From NCBI GenBank assembly GCA_017410365.1, contig JAFQQY010000049.1:10443-74442 (forward strand): a stretch of 64,000 bases of DNA, in the 5' to 3' direction. This document shows positions 8,923 to 19,462 of the stretch, in pieces (within the stretch, counting starts at the first letter, position 1; each line of letters begins with the position of its first letter). Source of the stretch: Prevotella sp. (GTDB taxonomy: Bacteria; Bacteroidota; Bacteroidia; Bacteroidales; Bacteroidaceae). Under the pieces are notes generated by a model. It saw only the letters and a list, made by a program, of their open reading frames with translations, made no database searches and was not told the origin of the DNA. The position numbers and the translations under genes are program-made.

Positions 8923-11466
8923 GTGAAAATGTACATACAGCGAAATAGGTCTTTTGTCAGAATCGCCTTCGTGCTACTCTTGATATTGGCCACCACTGGC
9001 AAGGCTGCCACATTGCCGCCGCTGCGCTATCAGTCGTTCAGCAACCTGAAGAGCGAAACGCAGACGCTGGTCGTGAAGGCCATCGTTCAGGACAGTAGTG
9101 GCATGATGTGGTTCGTCGACAAGAAAGCACTCTCAGCATGGGATGGCTATAACCTGCACCGCTATACGCATCCTGAGCAGTCCGACATGGGGCCGCCCCG
9201 TTGCGCTTTGGTAGTCGGTGGCAGCATCTTAGTGGGCCACGAGCATGGTCTGCTTCAGTTCAATCTGAACACCCGCAGCTTCCAGCGCGACAGTCTCTAC
9301 GATGACATTGACGTGCGCTGTCTGGTTCAGGTGGGCACTGACGTATGGGCAGGCACCAGCCGCGGACTCTTCTGCAACGGGCGCTACGTGCGTCTGAAAG
9401 AAGTGGAGAACGTGTGCGCGCTGGCCGCTGTGGGCGACTCGCTGCTATATGTGGGTCAGCAGAGCGGCCTGTCGTGCTACTCCATACCCACCGGTCGCCT
9501 GCACGTGCTGCACACCCTCATCCCCGGCGAGGGAGCCAGGGCTTCGTCGACGGTTATCTCGGCATTGCTCTGGCAACCCTCCGACAGTACCCTCTGGGTG
9601 GGCACCGACGCAGGTTTGGGCACCCTGGACCAGTTGGAACAGGATAGGCTGCAGTTCGACCTGCCCATTGTGAAATGTCTGGCTTTCGATACTGAAGGCA
9701 ATATCTTGGCGGGCACCGACGATGGGCTGTATGTGATGTATCATCGTCAACGGCTGTGGCACCTGAGCCACGATGCGCTCAACGATGCCAAGACGATAGC
9801 CAGCAATGTGGTGTGGACGCTTTGCAGCGATGTTGGCGGCAACCTCTGGGTGGGCACATCCAACGGCGTGTCGATGTCGCCGCGCAGCATCTTCCTCCAC
9901 ACCTACCCCCTGCCTGCCATCACAGCCTCGCGCGAGGGCAACCAGATGCGGTTCATCTTTCAAGACTCCGACTCTACGCTATGGCTGGGCGGCATACATG
10001 GGCTTATAGCTGTCGAGGGTCTGGACACCGACCACCAGAGTTGCCGATGGTACAAGATGAACGACAAGCAGTGGCCCATTCCCCACAACAGCATACGCTG
10101 CATGTTCGAAGACTCAGACCACAGAGTGTGGGTAGGTATTGACGGTGCCTTGCTGCTCTACAACCGCAGGTCGCAACAGTTTAGACCGCTACACATCGAT
10201 GGCGATCGTCGCAACTGGGTGTACGACATACAGGAGACCACCGATGGTAAGCTGCGCGTAACAACCTATCAGGCTACCTATACCGTCAGCCCCGACCGCA
10301 TCTCGGCCGACGGAGTTGTGGCAGTGCTGCAGCGGGAGAACGCCCAGCCATATACGCCGCAAGGATGCTCAGCAGTGACACCGGGCGGCACCTGGACCGT
10401 CACCGACGAGGGACTGCGCATCACCGATGCACGGCAGCAGGTGCTTATAAGTTTCAGCATGGTCGACAGCTACACCTCCGTTTACTATAATCCAGTGAGC
10501 CAGACCGTTTGGCTGGGCGGCATCGACAAGTTTGCCGCCGTCAGGGCGGGCGCCCTGCACAGCCAGCAGCAAGCCGCCACACCCGTGGTGACCAATGTCG
10601 AGGTGATGGGGCAGGGCTATTGCGATGCCCTGCAGCTGAACCAGCACGACCTGCAACTGAACCAGTCGCAGAACTGTCTGCTGTTCTATCTGAGCAATTA
10701 TGAATATGGCACAGAGAAGACAGCCCGCTTTGCCTTCCGCGTAGAGGGCCTGCAGGAAGAGTGGGTACAGCTGCCGGCAGGCAGCAGCACGTTGTTGCTG
10801 TCGGGGTTGCAGTCTGGTAGCTACACCCTCTTCCTGAGTGACGCCCGGCAGCAAGAGGCAGCCTACAGCCTCCACTTTCGCATCCTGCCCCCGTGGTACC
10901 GCTCACGATTGGCATGGATGCTCTATGCACTGTTCGTGGTTGTGCTGTTTACGCTCGTTGGCCTATATGTCAGGAGCCGTTGCATCCTGCGAAGGGAGCG
11001 CCAGGAGAAAGAACTGATATTGCAGAACGCCAGAAGCAAGGAGGAGCAGCTCAGCGAGGACAAGGCTATGCTCGAACAGGAGCTGCGGCTGTCGATGCTG
11101 GCCACCTCTGGCAACGACACCCAGCTGTCGCAAGACGACCAGTTGCTTTTGCGTGTCACCCATATTATCGAGGAAAACATCGACAACTCCGACCTCTCTG
11201 TCGACATGCTCAGCCAGCTCAGCGGCATCAGTACCAAGCAGCTCTATCGTAAAATCAAGCAGCTCACGGGCAGAACTGCCGTGGGCTACATCCGCCACCT
11301 GCGGCTGCAGAAGGCGGCACGCCTGCTCGCCAGCAAAGAGAACTTCTCCACCAAGGAGGTAATGTATCTCACAGGATTCCAGAATGCGTCCTATTTCACG
11401 CGCTGCTTCCAAGAGGAGTTCGGGGCAACACCATCGAACTACGCCAAGATGGGCGGCGGCGACTGA
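8923..11466 (+). CDS. Membrane-spanning AraC regulator: beta-propeller sensor, Y_Y_Y domain, TM helix, AraC HTH; HTCS-like but lacking kinase and receiver domains
   Basis: Reg_prop repeats (QDSSGMMWF, LWVGT, FEDSDHRVWVG), FAFRVEGLQEEW..LQSGSYTL, TM after PPWYRS, AraC KQLYRKIKQLTG..GFQNASYFTRCFQEEFGATPSNY. -7 box TAACTTTG at 8911-8918; true start may be ATG 8929. Confidence 0.88.
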   Translation: MKMYIQRNRSFVRIAFVLLLILATTGKAATLPPLRYQSFSNLKSETQTLVVKAIVQDSSGMMWFVDKKALSAWDGYNLHRYTHPEQSDMGPPRCALVVGGSILVGHEHGLLQFNLNTRSFQRDSLYDDIDVRCLVQVGTDVWAGTSRGLFCNGRYVRLKEVENVCALAAVGDSLLYVGQQSGLSCYSIPTGRLHVLHTLIPGEGARASSTVISALLWQPSDSTLWVGTDAGLGTLDQLEQDRLQFDLPIVKCLAFDTEGNILAGTDDGLYVMYHRQRLWHLSHDALNDAKTIASNVVWTLCSDVGGNLWVGTSNGVSMSPRSIFLHTYPLPAITASREGNQMRFIFQDSDSTLWLGGIHGLIAVEGLDTDHQSCRWYKMNDKQWPIPHNSIRCMFEDSDHRVWVGIDGALLLYNRRSQQFRPLHIDGDRRNWVYDIQETTDGKLRVTTYQATYTVSPDRISADGVVAVLQRENAQPYTPQGCSAVTPGGTWTVTDEGLRITDARQQVLISFSMVDSYTSVYYNPVSQTVWLGGIDKFAAVRAGALHSQQQAATPVVTNVEVMGQGYCDALQLNQHDLQLNQSQNCLLFYLSNYEYGTEKTARFAFRVEGLQEEWVQLPAGSSTLLLSGLQSGSYTLFLSDARQQEAAYSLHFRILPPWYRSRLAWMLYALFVVVLFTLVGLYVRSRCILRRERQEKELILQNARSKEEQLSEDKAMLEQELRLSMLATSGNDTQLSQDDQLLLRVTHIIEENIDNSDLSVDMLSQLSGISTKQLYRKIKQLTGRTAVGYIRHLRLQKAARLLASKENFSTKEVMYLTGFQNASYFTRCFQEEFGATPSNYAKMGGGD

Positions 11467-11532
11467 AACGGGCGGTTGAGAGATATACGGCTGAGATTGA
11501 TGCCAAAGCCTATATCGAGGACTTCCGCAGGG

Positions 11533-11742
11533 CAGACTACCATTGATGTGAACATGCCCTACGAGGTGGACGGCTGGAAAATCTATCAGTACGGCTACGA
11601 CACGCAGATGGGGGCTCAGAGCCAGATATCAATACTCGAACTGGTGAGCGACCCGTGGCTGCCATTTGTCTATACAGGTATTTATATGATGCTGGCAGGA
11701 GCGGTTTGTATGTTTGTTATTGGTGGGAGGAAACGCGTATGA
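11533..11742 (+). pseudogene. C-terminal fragment of a ResB/CcsB-like cytochrome c biogenesis protein
   Basis: IDVNMPYEVDGWKIYQYGYD..SILELVSDPWLPFVYTGIYMMLAGA; 5' part missing; stop overlaps the next ATG (ATGA). Confidence 0.7.
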
Positions 11743-12269
11743 GTTGGGAGCATTTTATATATTTCGCAATTGCAGCGGTACTGCTTTGGGCCGTGGGTGC
11801 ATGGGCTGCGTGGAAGAGTAAAACTGGTATGGCCTACGCGACAACTGTCTTGGACTTGCTCTTTTTCTTCTCGTTCATCCTCTCTATGTGGATCTAGCTG
11901 GAGCGACCGCCACTGCGCACGATGGGCGAAACGCGACTCTGGTATTCGTTCTTCCTGCCGTTGGCGGGTCTCATCGTCTATTCGCGCTGGAAGTACAAGT
12001 GGATCCTGTCGTTCTCGACCATTCTCGCCCTGGTATTTATCTGTGTAAATCTGTTCAAACCGGAGATACATGACAAGACGCTGATGCCCGCCCTTCAGAG
12101 TCCTTGGTTTGCGCCACATGTTATCGTCTATATGTTCGCCTACGCCATACTCGGTGCGGCGGCAGTGATGGCTATCTATCTGCTCTTTATCAAAAAGAGT
12201 GACATCGCTGACCAAGAGTTTGACATCACGGACAACCTCGTTTATGTCGGTCTTGCCTTCCTCACCATG
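11739..12269 (+). pseudogene. ccsA: CcsA-like cytochrome c assembly protein, with a nonsense codon and 3' truncation
   Basis: MSWEHF..SMWI*LERPPLRTMGETRLWYSFF..LMPALQSPWFAPHVIVYMFAYA; TAG at 11895-11897; similarity ends at GLAFLT, before the WWD motif. Confidence 0.75.
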
Positions 12270-12480
12270 GTGACGAAGGGCATTGTAGACACGGGAGGCA
12301 CATTCACCAACCAGTTTCTCCAACACGGTATAGTCAATGTCTCTCAGCAACAGTACATCTTCACGGATATATTCATCCATACTGTCATAACCCCTCTTGT
12401 CTTTCATATAGGCATAGAGGTCATCAATCTTTGAGTAGATTTCCCATTCAGCATCCCAGAACTTAGCGACGGCCATGCCA
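12266..12480 (-). pseudogene. Internal fragment of a hypothetical protein gene, convergent with the ccsA remnant
   Basis: GMAVAKFWDAEWEIYSKIDDLYAYMKDKRGYDSMDEYIREDVLLL..LEKLVGECASRVYNALRH reads as a genuine protein, then runs into antisense ccsA sequence. Confidence 0.5.
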
Positions 12481-12626
12481 TCATTCGTCAGGGGGCTAAA
12501 ACTCAAAAAAGAAGGATTGTGAAAAGATAGCTTTCACTCTAAAAAATAGCAGTGAAAAGAGGTGAAAACCAGGGAGATTTTATGGAAAATACCACATTTG
12601 TTGCCTCAAATTAGCCTCAAATGGGC

Positions 12627-12660
12627 AAAAAAGAAAGAGAGCTACTTTCGTAACTCTCTC
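12627..12660 (-). terminator. Intrinsic terminator downstream of tRNA-Asn
   Basis: Minus strand gagagttac-gaaa-gtagctctc followed by a T-rich tail. Confidence 0.6.
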
Positions 12661-12670
12661 ATTTTTCAGG

Positions 12671-12744
12671 CGCTTCAGGATGGGCTTGAACCAACGACCC
12701 CCTGATTAACAGTCAGGTGCTCTAACCAACTGAGCTACTGAAGC
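12671..12744 (-). tRNA. tRNA-Asn(GTT)
   Basis: GCTTCAG acceptor stem, TAGCTCAGTTGGTTAGAGC D-arm, CCTGA-CTGTTAA-TCAGG anticodon arm, GGTTCAAGCC T-arm; -7 box TACCTTTG at 12775-12782. Confidence 0.97.
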
Positions 12745-12927
12745 AATTTTGCGCCTCATTTCTGAATTGCGATGCAAAGGTAATGTGTTTTTCTGAAATC
12801 CGCAAACATTTTGAAGAAAAATTTATCGTAATCTTTAAAATTTTGCAAAAAAACGCCTAAAAAGACTATTATTACCATTGAATGGTGTAATTTTGTAGGC
12901 AAAATGAACAACGAAAATATAATCTCG

Positions 12928-14589
12928 ATGAAAAAACTATTGATATTGGTAGCTGTTGCCTGCTTAGGACACTTGGCTGTCTTTGCCCAGAAATCAAAAG
13001 ACCATAATTTTGAGGTGGCAAAGAATCTGGAGATATTCAACGATATATATAGGATGCTCGATGTGATGTATGTCGACACTCTCGACCCGAATGTCGTTAT
13101 TGGCAATGGCATCAATGCGATGCTTAAAGGTCTTGATCCGTATACAGAGTATTATCCTGAGGACAAATCGAAAGACCTGAAGATGCTGCTCACAGGTAAG
13201 TATGCCGGCATTGGTTCAGTCATCCGCTATCATCAGCGACTGAAGCGTGTGGTGATAGACGAGCCATACGAAGGTATGCCGGCGGCAGATGTTGGTCTGA
13301 AGAAGGGCGACATAATACTGAGCATTGACGATTCGGTAATGACTGACAAGAATGTTAGCGAGGTGAGTAATTGCCTGCGCGGTGATGCCGGTACAAGCTT
13401 TGTACTGAAGATAAAGCGCCCGAGCACAGGTAAGGAGATGAAGTTCAAACTGACCAGAAAGAATATCAAGTTGCCGGATATTCCATACTACGGAATGCGT
13501 CCGGACAGTGTGGGATATATCAATTTCGGCAGTTATACGGAAGGCACAGCCAAGCAGATGCGTCGTACATTTGTGGATTTGAAGAAGCAAGGCGCAAAGA
13601 GTCTGTTGCTCGACTTGCGAAACAACGGCGGCGGTTCGTTGCAAGAATGTGTTGACATTACAAACATCTGGTTGCCGAAGGGAATGACCTTGGTGGAAAC
13701 CAAAGGAAAGGTAAAGGGAGCAAACAAGACATATAAAACAAAACTGGAACCTGTTGACACGCTGATGCCAATCATTGTGCTTGTTGACGGTGCTACTGCC
13801 AGTGCTGCGGAAATAACCAGCGGTTCGCTGCAGGACCTTGACAGAGGAATAATATTAGGTACGCGCACGTATGGCAAGGGATTGGTACAGGTGCCTGCAG
13901 ACCTGCCGTATAATTCAAATATCAAACTGACTACAAGCAAGTATTACATACCTAGCGGACGATGCATTCAGGCTATTAACTACAAGCATACCGGCGGAGG
14001 ATATAAAGAGCGCATTGCCGACTCGTTGACACACGTGTTCTATACAAAGAATGGTCGTGAGGTGCGCGACGGTGGTGGCATAAAGCCTGACATAGAAGTA
14101 AAGCCAGACACCATGCCTAACATTGCAATCTATCTGGAGCGATTGGACACGATGGAGGTGATGTTCGATTATGTGGTTGACTATATAGCCAAGCATCCGA
14201 CCATTGCTCCTGCCAATGAGTTCCGTCTGTCAGATGCCGATTTTGAGGATTTCAAGAAGCGTGTGGTGGAGAGCGGTTTCACATACGACCCAATGAGCGA
14301 GAAAATGCTTGACGAATTGATAAAGACGGCTAAGTTTGAAGGTTACTATGAAGAGGCCAAGCAGGATTTCGATAATCTGAAGGCAAAATTGAAGCATGAT
14401 GTAGCCCGCGATATAGAACGAAATAAGGAAACGCTTTGCCAGATAATAGAAAGCGACATCATTTCAGCCTATTATTATCAGAGCGGTGCCATAGGAGCAA
14501 TGCTGAAATACGACAAGCAGTTGAAAGAGGCAGAACGCCTGCTAGGCAATTCTGAGGAGTATAAGAAACTGTTGCAGCCAAAGCAATAA
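12928..14589 (+). CDS. S41A carboxyl-terminal processing protease (PDZ + peptidase S41)
   Basis: Signal peptide; LDLRNNGGGSL, TASAAEITSGSLQDLDRG, RTYGKGLVQ motifs. Confidence 0.93.
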   Translation: MKKLLILVAVACLGHLAVFAQKSKDHNFEVAKNLEIFNDIYRMLDVMYVDTLDPNVVIGNGINAMLKGLDPYTEYYPEDKSKDLKMLLTGKYAGIGSVIRYHQRLKRVVIDEPYEGMPAADVGLKKGDIILSIDDSVMTDKNVSEVSNCLRGDAGTSFVLKIKRPSTGKEMKFKLTRKNIKLPDIPYYGMRPDSVGYINFGSYTEGTAKQMRRTFVDLKKQGAKSLLLDLRNNGGGSLQECVDITNIWLPKGMTLVETKGKVKGANKTYKTKLEPVDTLMPIIVLVDGATASAAEITSGSLQDLDRGIILGTRTYGKGLVQVPADLPYNSNIKLTTSKYYIPSGRCIQAINYKHTGGGYKERIADSLTHVFYTKNGREVRDGGGIKPDIEVKPDTMPNIAIYLERLDTMEVMFDYVVDYIAKHPTIAPANEFRLSDADFEDFKKRVVESGFTYDPMSEKMLDELIKTAKFEGYYEEAKQDFDNLKAKLKHDVARDIERNKETLCQIIESDIISAYYYQSGAIGAMLKYDKQLKEAERLLGNSEEYKKLLQPKQ

Positions 14590-14710
14590 TAAGCGTTGAG
14601 CATAAAGCATTAATGGTCAAGGGTCTATATATTTCATATAAATATACAGAAAAACGGAAAAATATTTGCTAGATTACGGAATTTGTTGTAATTTTGCAGC
14701 GTTCGGTGGA

Positions 14711-14741
14711 ATGAGGGACTTCTCGCAAGTCCCTCATTTTT
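14711..14741 (+). promoter_or_regulatory. rimP leader hairpin / attenuator
   Basis: atgagggactt-ctcgc-aagtccctcat plus T run, between a TAATTTTG box (14689-14696) and the rimP start. Confidence 0.65.
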
Positions 14742-14761
14742 CATTATTTAATGATATTTAG

Positions 14762-15229
14762 ATGATAGACAAGAACCTTATCAAGACTTTAGCGGAAGAG
14801 TGGTTGCAGGGCAACGACTATTTCCTTGTTGATGTGAACATCAGTGCCGACGGGCGTATTGTAGTGGAAATCGACCATGCCGATGGCGTGTGGATTGAAG
14901 ATTGCGCAGAACTGAGCCGCTTTGTACAGGAGCGTGTGGGCGAAGAACTGGACAATTATGAATTGGAAGTTGGTTCTGCAGGAATCGGTCAGCCGTTCAA
15001 GGTATATCAGCAGTATGTCAACTACATCGGAAAGGATGTAGAGGTGCTTGCTGCTGACGGAAAGAAAGTGCAAGGTGTGCTGAAGGCGGTTGATGGCGAC
15101 GAGTTTGTTGTAAGCGTGAAGGAAAAACAGAAGGTTGAAGGCAAAAAGCGCCCTGTTATCGTTGACGTTGACAAACAATTTAATATGAATAATATAAAAT
15201 ATACAAAATACTTATTAAGTTTCAAGTAA
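14762..15229 (+). CDS. rimP: Ribosome maturation factor RimP
   Basis: GVWIEDCAELSR, YELEVGSAGIGQPF; first gene before nusA-infB. Confidence 0.95.
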   Translation: MIDKNLIKTLAEEWLQGNDYFLVDVNISADGRIVVEIDHADGVWIEDCAELSRFVQERVGEELDNYELEVGSAGIGQPFKVYQQYVNYIGKDVEVLAADGKKVQGVLKAVDGDEFVVSVKEKQKVEGKKRPVIVDVDKQFNMNNIKYTKYLLSFK

Positions 15230-15233
15230 AAGT

Positions 15234-16493
15234 ATGGCAACAAAGAAAGATTCGTTAGGTCCAAGCATGATAGAGACCTTCCAGGAATTTAAGGAGACAA
15301 AGAACATCGACCGCACTACGCTGGTGAGCGTTTTGGAAGAAAGTTTCCGTAACGTTATAGCCAAATTGTTTGGCAGCGACGCGAATTTTGATGTTATCGT
15401 AAACCCAGATAAGGGAGACTTTGAAATTCACCGCAACCGTATTGTTGTAGCAGACGGTGAGGTTCAGGATGAGAATAAGGAAATATCACTTACAGACGCA
15501 CAGAAGATAGAGCCAGACTATGAGATTGGCGAGGAAGTGAGCGAGGAGGTAAACTTCAGCAAGTTCGGTCGCCGTGCAATCCTTAACCTTCGTCAGACAT
15601 TGGCTTCTAAGATATTGGAATTGGAGCACGACTCTCTGTACAATAAATATAAGGACAGGGTGGGCCAGATTATCAGTGGTGAGGTTTATCAGATGTGGAA
15701 GCGTGAAGTGCTGCTCATTGATGATGAGGGTAACGAGCTCCACTTGCCAAAGAGCGAGCAGATACCTTCAGACAACTATCATAAGGGCGAGACCGTGCGT
15801 GCTATCGTTCTGCGTGTAGACAACGAGAACAATAACCCAAGAATCATTCTTAGCCGTACAAGTCCTGTATTCCTTGAGCGTCTGCTTGAGGCAGAAGTTC
15901 CAGAAATCAACGACGGCCTGATAACCATCAAGCGTGTAGCCCGTATGCCAGGAGAGCGTGCCAAGGTGGCTGTTGAGAGTTACGACGACCGTATCGATCC
16001 TGTAGGAGCATGCGTTGGTGTCAAGGGTAGCCGTGTTCATGGCATCGTTCGTGAACTTTGCAACGAGAATATCGATGTCATTAACTATTCAAGCAACGTT
16101 CAGCTGTTCATCCAGCGTGCTCTCAGCCCAGCAAAGGTGTCAAGCATAACTCTCGATGTAGATAACCACAAGGCAGAAGTTTACTTGCAGCCAGAAGAAG
16201 TTTCTTTGGCTATTGGTCGTAGCGGTATGAACATCAAGTTGGCATCAATGCTTACAGACTTTACAATTGACGTTTACCGTGTGGTTAGCGACAATGAGGC
16301 CGATGAGGATATCTATCTGGACGAGTTCTCTGATGAGGTAGACCAGTGGGTTATCGATGCTATCAAGTCACTCGGTATGGATACAGCAAAGGCTGTGCTT
16401 AATGCTCCTCGTGAAATGCTTATTGAAAAGGCAGACCTTGAGGAAGAGACTGTAGACCACTTGCTCAATGTGCTTCGTGCAGAGTTTGAGTAA
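15234..16493 (+). CDS. nusA: Transcription termination/antitermination factor NusA
   Basis: ARMPGERAKVAV, IDPVGACVGVKGSR, SLAIGRSGMNIKLA. Confidence 0.97.
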   Translation: MATKKDSLGPSMIETFQEFKETKNIDRTTLVSVLEESFRNVIAKLFGSDANFDVIVNPDKGDFEIHRNRIVVADGEVQDENKEISLTDAQKIEPDYEIGEEVSEEVNFSKFGRRAILNLRQTLASKILELEHDSLYNKYKDRVGQIISGEVYQMWKREVLLIDDEGNELHLPKSEQIPSDNYHKGETVRAIVLRVDNENNNPRIILSRTSPVFLERLLEAEVPEINDGLITIKRVARMPGERAKVAVESYDDRIDPVGACVGVKGSRVHGIVRELCNENIDVINYSSNVQLFIQRALSPAKVSSITLDVDNHKAEVYLQPEEVSLAIGRSGMNIKLASMLTDFTIDVYRVVSDNEADEDIYLDEFSDEVDQWVIDAIKSLGMDTAKAVLNAPREMLIEKADLEEETVDHLLNVLRAEFE

Positions 16494-16559
16494 TACTCCT
16501 CTAAGTGTGCAATGCTAATCAATTCGAAATTCGTAATTAAAAATTATAATTGTTTATAA

Positions 16560-19433
16560 ATGAGCATCAGATTAAATAAAGTATTAACAGAATTGAATAT
16601 AGGACTTCAAACGGCAGTTGATTTCCTGAAAAATAATAAGAACTTGGGCGAGATAAAAGAAGACGCCAATCTCAGCACCAAGATCTCTGATGAGCAGTAT
16701 GCCGCCTTGAAAAGCAATTTCCAAGGAGATAAGGCGGTGAAGAATGAGGCTGAGAAGATTTTCGCCAAGAAGACAAAGGAAAAGAAGGTGGAAAAGAAGG
16801 TTGTCAAAGCCGAGGAATTATTGGAGCAACGCCAGCAGTTCAAGCCAATGGGCAAAATCGACTTGGACAATGTTGGCAAGAAGGTTGCGCCATCTGTTGC
16901 TCCAGAAAAGCCTGAACCAAAGGCTGCTGCCGAAAGCCCGGTTGAGGTGAAGGAGGAAATAAAGAAAGAAGAGGTTAAAAAGCCAGTAGAGGAGAAGAAG
17001 CCAGAAGTGAAGGCTCAGCCAGAAGTTAAGGTTGAGAAACCTGTTGTTGAGGAAAAGCCTAAGAAAGTTGAGGCTCCGGTTGCTCCTAAGGCAGAACCAA
17101 AAGTAGAAAAGCCTGTTCAGGCTGAATCACAGGAAGCCAGCGAAGAACCAAAGATCTTCACATTGAAGAGCGAGGCTAAGATGGCTCCAAAGGTGAACGT
17201 TCTTGGAAAGATTGACCTTGACTCTCTGAACCAAAGCACTCGTCCTAAGAAGAAGTCAAAGGAGGAACGCAAGAAGGAACGTGAGGAGAAGGCGGCTCAG
17301 ATGCATGGTGGCGAGCGCAAGAAGCGTGTTCGCATCGGCAAGGAGCGTGTTGACATTGAGGCTGCATCTAATCAGCAGGGCGGCAATGGTAAGAAAAACA
17401 AGAACAAGGGTGCCAACAATAACAATAATAACAATAATCAAGGCGGACAGCGTCATGACAACAACCAGCAGCAGGGTGGCGGCAAGAAGAACAAGAAGAA
17501 CCGTCAGCAACCAAAGCCACTGGAAGTGAATGAAGAAGACGTAGCACGCCAGGTAAAAGAGACTCTCGCACGTCTTACTGCAAAGAATCAGAACAAGAAG
17601 GGTGCTAAGTATCGCCGTGAGAAGCGTGATGCTGTTCAGGAGCGCCTGAATGAAGAATTGCAGGAACAGGCAGCAGAGAGCAAGGTGCTCAAGCTCACAG
17701 AGTTTGTTACCGTAAGCGAGCTCGCTACGATGATGGACGTTCCTGTTACAAAGGTAATCGGAACTTGTATGAGCGTTGGCATCATGGTGTCTATCAACCA
17801 GCGTCTGGATGCAGAGACCATCAATATCGTTGCCGACGAGTTCGGTTTCAAGACAGAATATGTTAGTGCAGAGGTTAGCGAAGCCATTCAGGAAGAGGCC
17901 GACGACGAAAACGACCTTCTGTCACGTGCTCCTATCGTTACGGTGATGGGACATGTTGACCACGGTAAGACATCGTTGCTCGACCATATCCGCAATACCA
18001 ACGTTATAGCAGGTGAGGCCGGTGGTATCACACAGCACATCGGTGCTTATAACGTGAAGCTGAAGGATGGTCGTCGTATCACATTCCTCGATACTCCAGG
18101 ACACGAGGCGTTTACCGCCATGCGTGCACGTGGTACTCAGGTTACTGACATCGCCATCATCATCATCTCTGCCGACGATAGCGTCATGCCTACAACCAAG
18201 GAGGCTATCGCACATGCACAGGCTGCTAACGTACCTATGGTATTTGCAATCAACAAGATAGACAAACCGGGTGCAAACCCTGACAAGATACGTGAAGACT
18301 TGGCACAGATGAACCTTCTTGTAGAAGAGTGGGGCGGTAAATATCAGTGTCAGGAAATTTCAGCCAAGAAGGGTATCGGTGTAGATGACCTGCTCGAAAA
18401 GGTACTGCTCGAAGCTGAGATGCTTGACCTTAAGGCTAATCCTAACCGTAAGGCTACCGGTTCTGTAATTGAGGCTTCTCTCGACAAGGGTCGTGGCTAT
18501 GTGGCAACAATGCTTGTTAGCAACGGTACGCTGAAGATGGGCGACTATGTAGTGGCTGGTACAAGTTACGGACGTATAAAGGCTATCTTCAATGAGCGTA
18601 ATCAGCGCATGGACAATGTGCGTCCGGCAGAACCGGCTATCATTCTCGGTCTTAACGGTGCTCCAAGTGCCGGCGACTCTTTCCATGTCATGGAAACAGA
18701 GCAGGAGGCAAGAGACATCGCCAACAAGCGTCTGCAACTGCAGCGTGAGCAGAGTCTGCGCACTACCAAGGTTATTGGTCTTGAGGAGATTGCTCATCGT
18801 ATTGCCCTTGGTGAGTTCCACGTGCTCAACCTTATTGTCAAGGCCGACACACAGGGTTCTGTCGAGGCTCTCTCTGACTCATTCATCAAGATGTCAACAG
18901 AGAAGATTCAGGTGAATGTGATTCAGGGTGCTGTCGGTCAGATTTCAGAGAACGACGTCATGCTCGCTTCTGCCGCAGAAAACTCTATCATCATCGGCTT
19001 TAATGTACGTCCTTCTGCTGCGGCAAAGAAGGCTGCAGAGCAGCATGGAGTGGAAATCAATACCTATTCAATCATTTACGATGCCATCGAAGACCTCCGT
19101 TCTACCATGGAGGGTATGCTCGACAAGGTTAAGAAAGAGGTTGTTACTGGACAGGTTGAGGTTCGCGAGGTTTACAAGATATCTAAGGTTGGCACTGTTG
19201 CAGGTGCTATGGTTACCGAAGGAAAGGTTCACCGTACAGACAAGGCTCGTTTGGTACGCGACGGTATCGTTGTTCATACAGGTGCCATCAATGCCCTCAA
19301 GCGCTATAAGGACGATGTCAAGGAGGTTGCAACCAACTTCGAGTGCGGTATCAGTCTTGTCAACTTCAACGATATCCAGCAGGGTGACATTATCGAGACA
19401 TTCATGGAGATTGAGATTCAGCAGACGCTGTAA
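16560..19433 (+). CDS. infB: Translation initiation factor IF-2
   Basis: [35 protein letters not shown]. Confidence 0.98.
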   Translation: MSIRLNKVLTELNIGLQTAVDFLKNNKNLGEIKEDANLSTKISDEQYAALKSNFQGDKAVKNEAEKIFAKKTKEKKVEKKVVKAEELLEQRQQFKPMGKIDLDNVGKKVAPSVAPEKPEPKAAAESPVEVKEEIKKEEVKKPVEEKKPEVKAQPEVKVEKPVVEEKPKKVEAPVAPKAEPKVEKPVQAESQEASEEPKIFTLKSEAKMAPKVNVLGKIDLDSLNQSTRPKKKSKEERKKEREEKAAQMHGGERKKRVRIGKERVDIEAASNQQGGNGKKNKNKGANNNNNNNNQGGQRHDNNQQQGGGKKNKKNRQQPKPLEVNEEDVARQVKETLARLTAKNQNKKGAKYRREKRDAVQERLNEELQEQAAESKVLKLTEFVTVSELATMMDVPVTKVIGTCMSVGIMVSINQRLDAETINIVADEFGFKTEYVSAEVSEAIQEEADDENDLLSRAPIVTVMGHVDHGKTSLLDHIRNTNVIAGEAGGITQHIGAYNVKLKDGRRITFLDTPGHEAFTAMRARGTQVTDIAIIIISADDSVMPTTKEAIAHAQAANVPMVFAINKIDKPGANPDKIREDLAQMNLLVEEWGGKYQCQEISAKKGIGVDDLLEKVLLEAEMLDLKANPNRKATGSVIEASLDKGRGYVATMLVSNGTLKMGDYVVAGTSYGRIKAIFNERNQRMDNVRPAEPAIILGLNGAPSAGDSFHVMETEQEARDIANKRLQLQREQSLRTTKVIGLEEIAHRIALGEFHVLNLIVKADTQGSVEALSDSFIKMSTEKIQVNVIQGAVGQISENDVMLASAAENSIIIGFNVRPSAAAKKAAEQHGVEINTYSIIYDAIEDLRSTMEGMLDKVKKEVVTGQVEVREVYKISKVGTVAGAMVTEGKVHRTDKARLVRDGIVVHTGAINALKRYKDDVKEVATNFECGISLVNFNDIQQGDIIETFMEIEIQQTL

Positions 19434-19462
19434 TCTATTCTGCAGGATACACATAAACAAAG

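Noticed and set aside
11895-11897. In-frame TAG in ccsA as recoding (pyrrolysine or readthrough)
   Set aside because: The gene is also truncated and other genes here use TAG as a normal stop; a nonsense mutation is simpler.
11682-12506. 274-aa minus-strand ORF and 170-aa plus-strand ORF (11922-12434) as intact genes
   Set aside because: Both are chimeras reading across the fragment junction near 12266 into antisense sequence.
17370-17510. Asn/Gln-rich tract in IF-2
   Set aside because: Low-complexity N-terminal regions are normal for IF-2; trinucleotide changes keep the frame.
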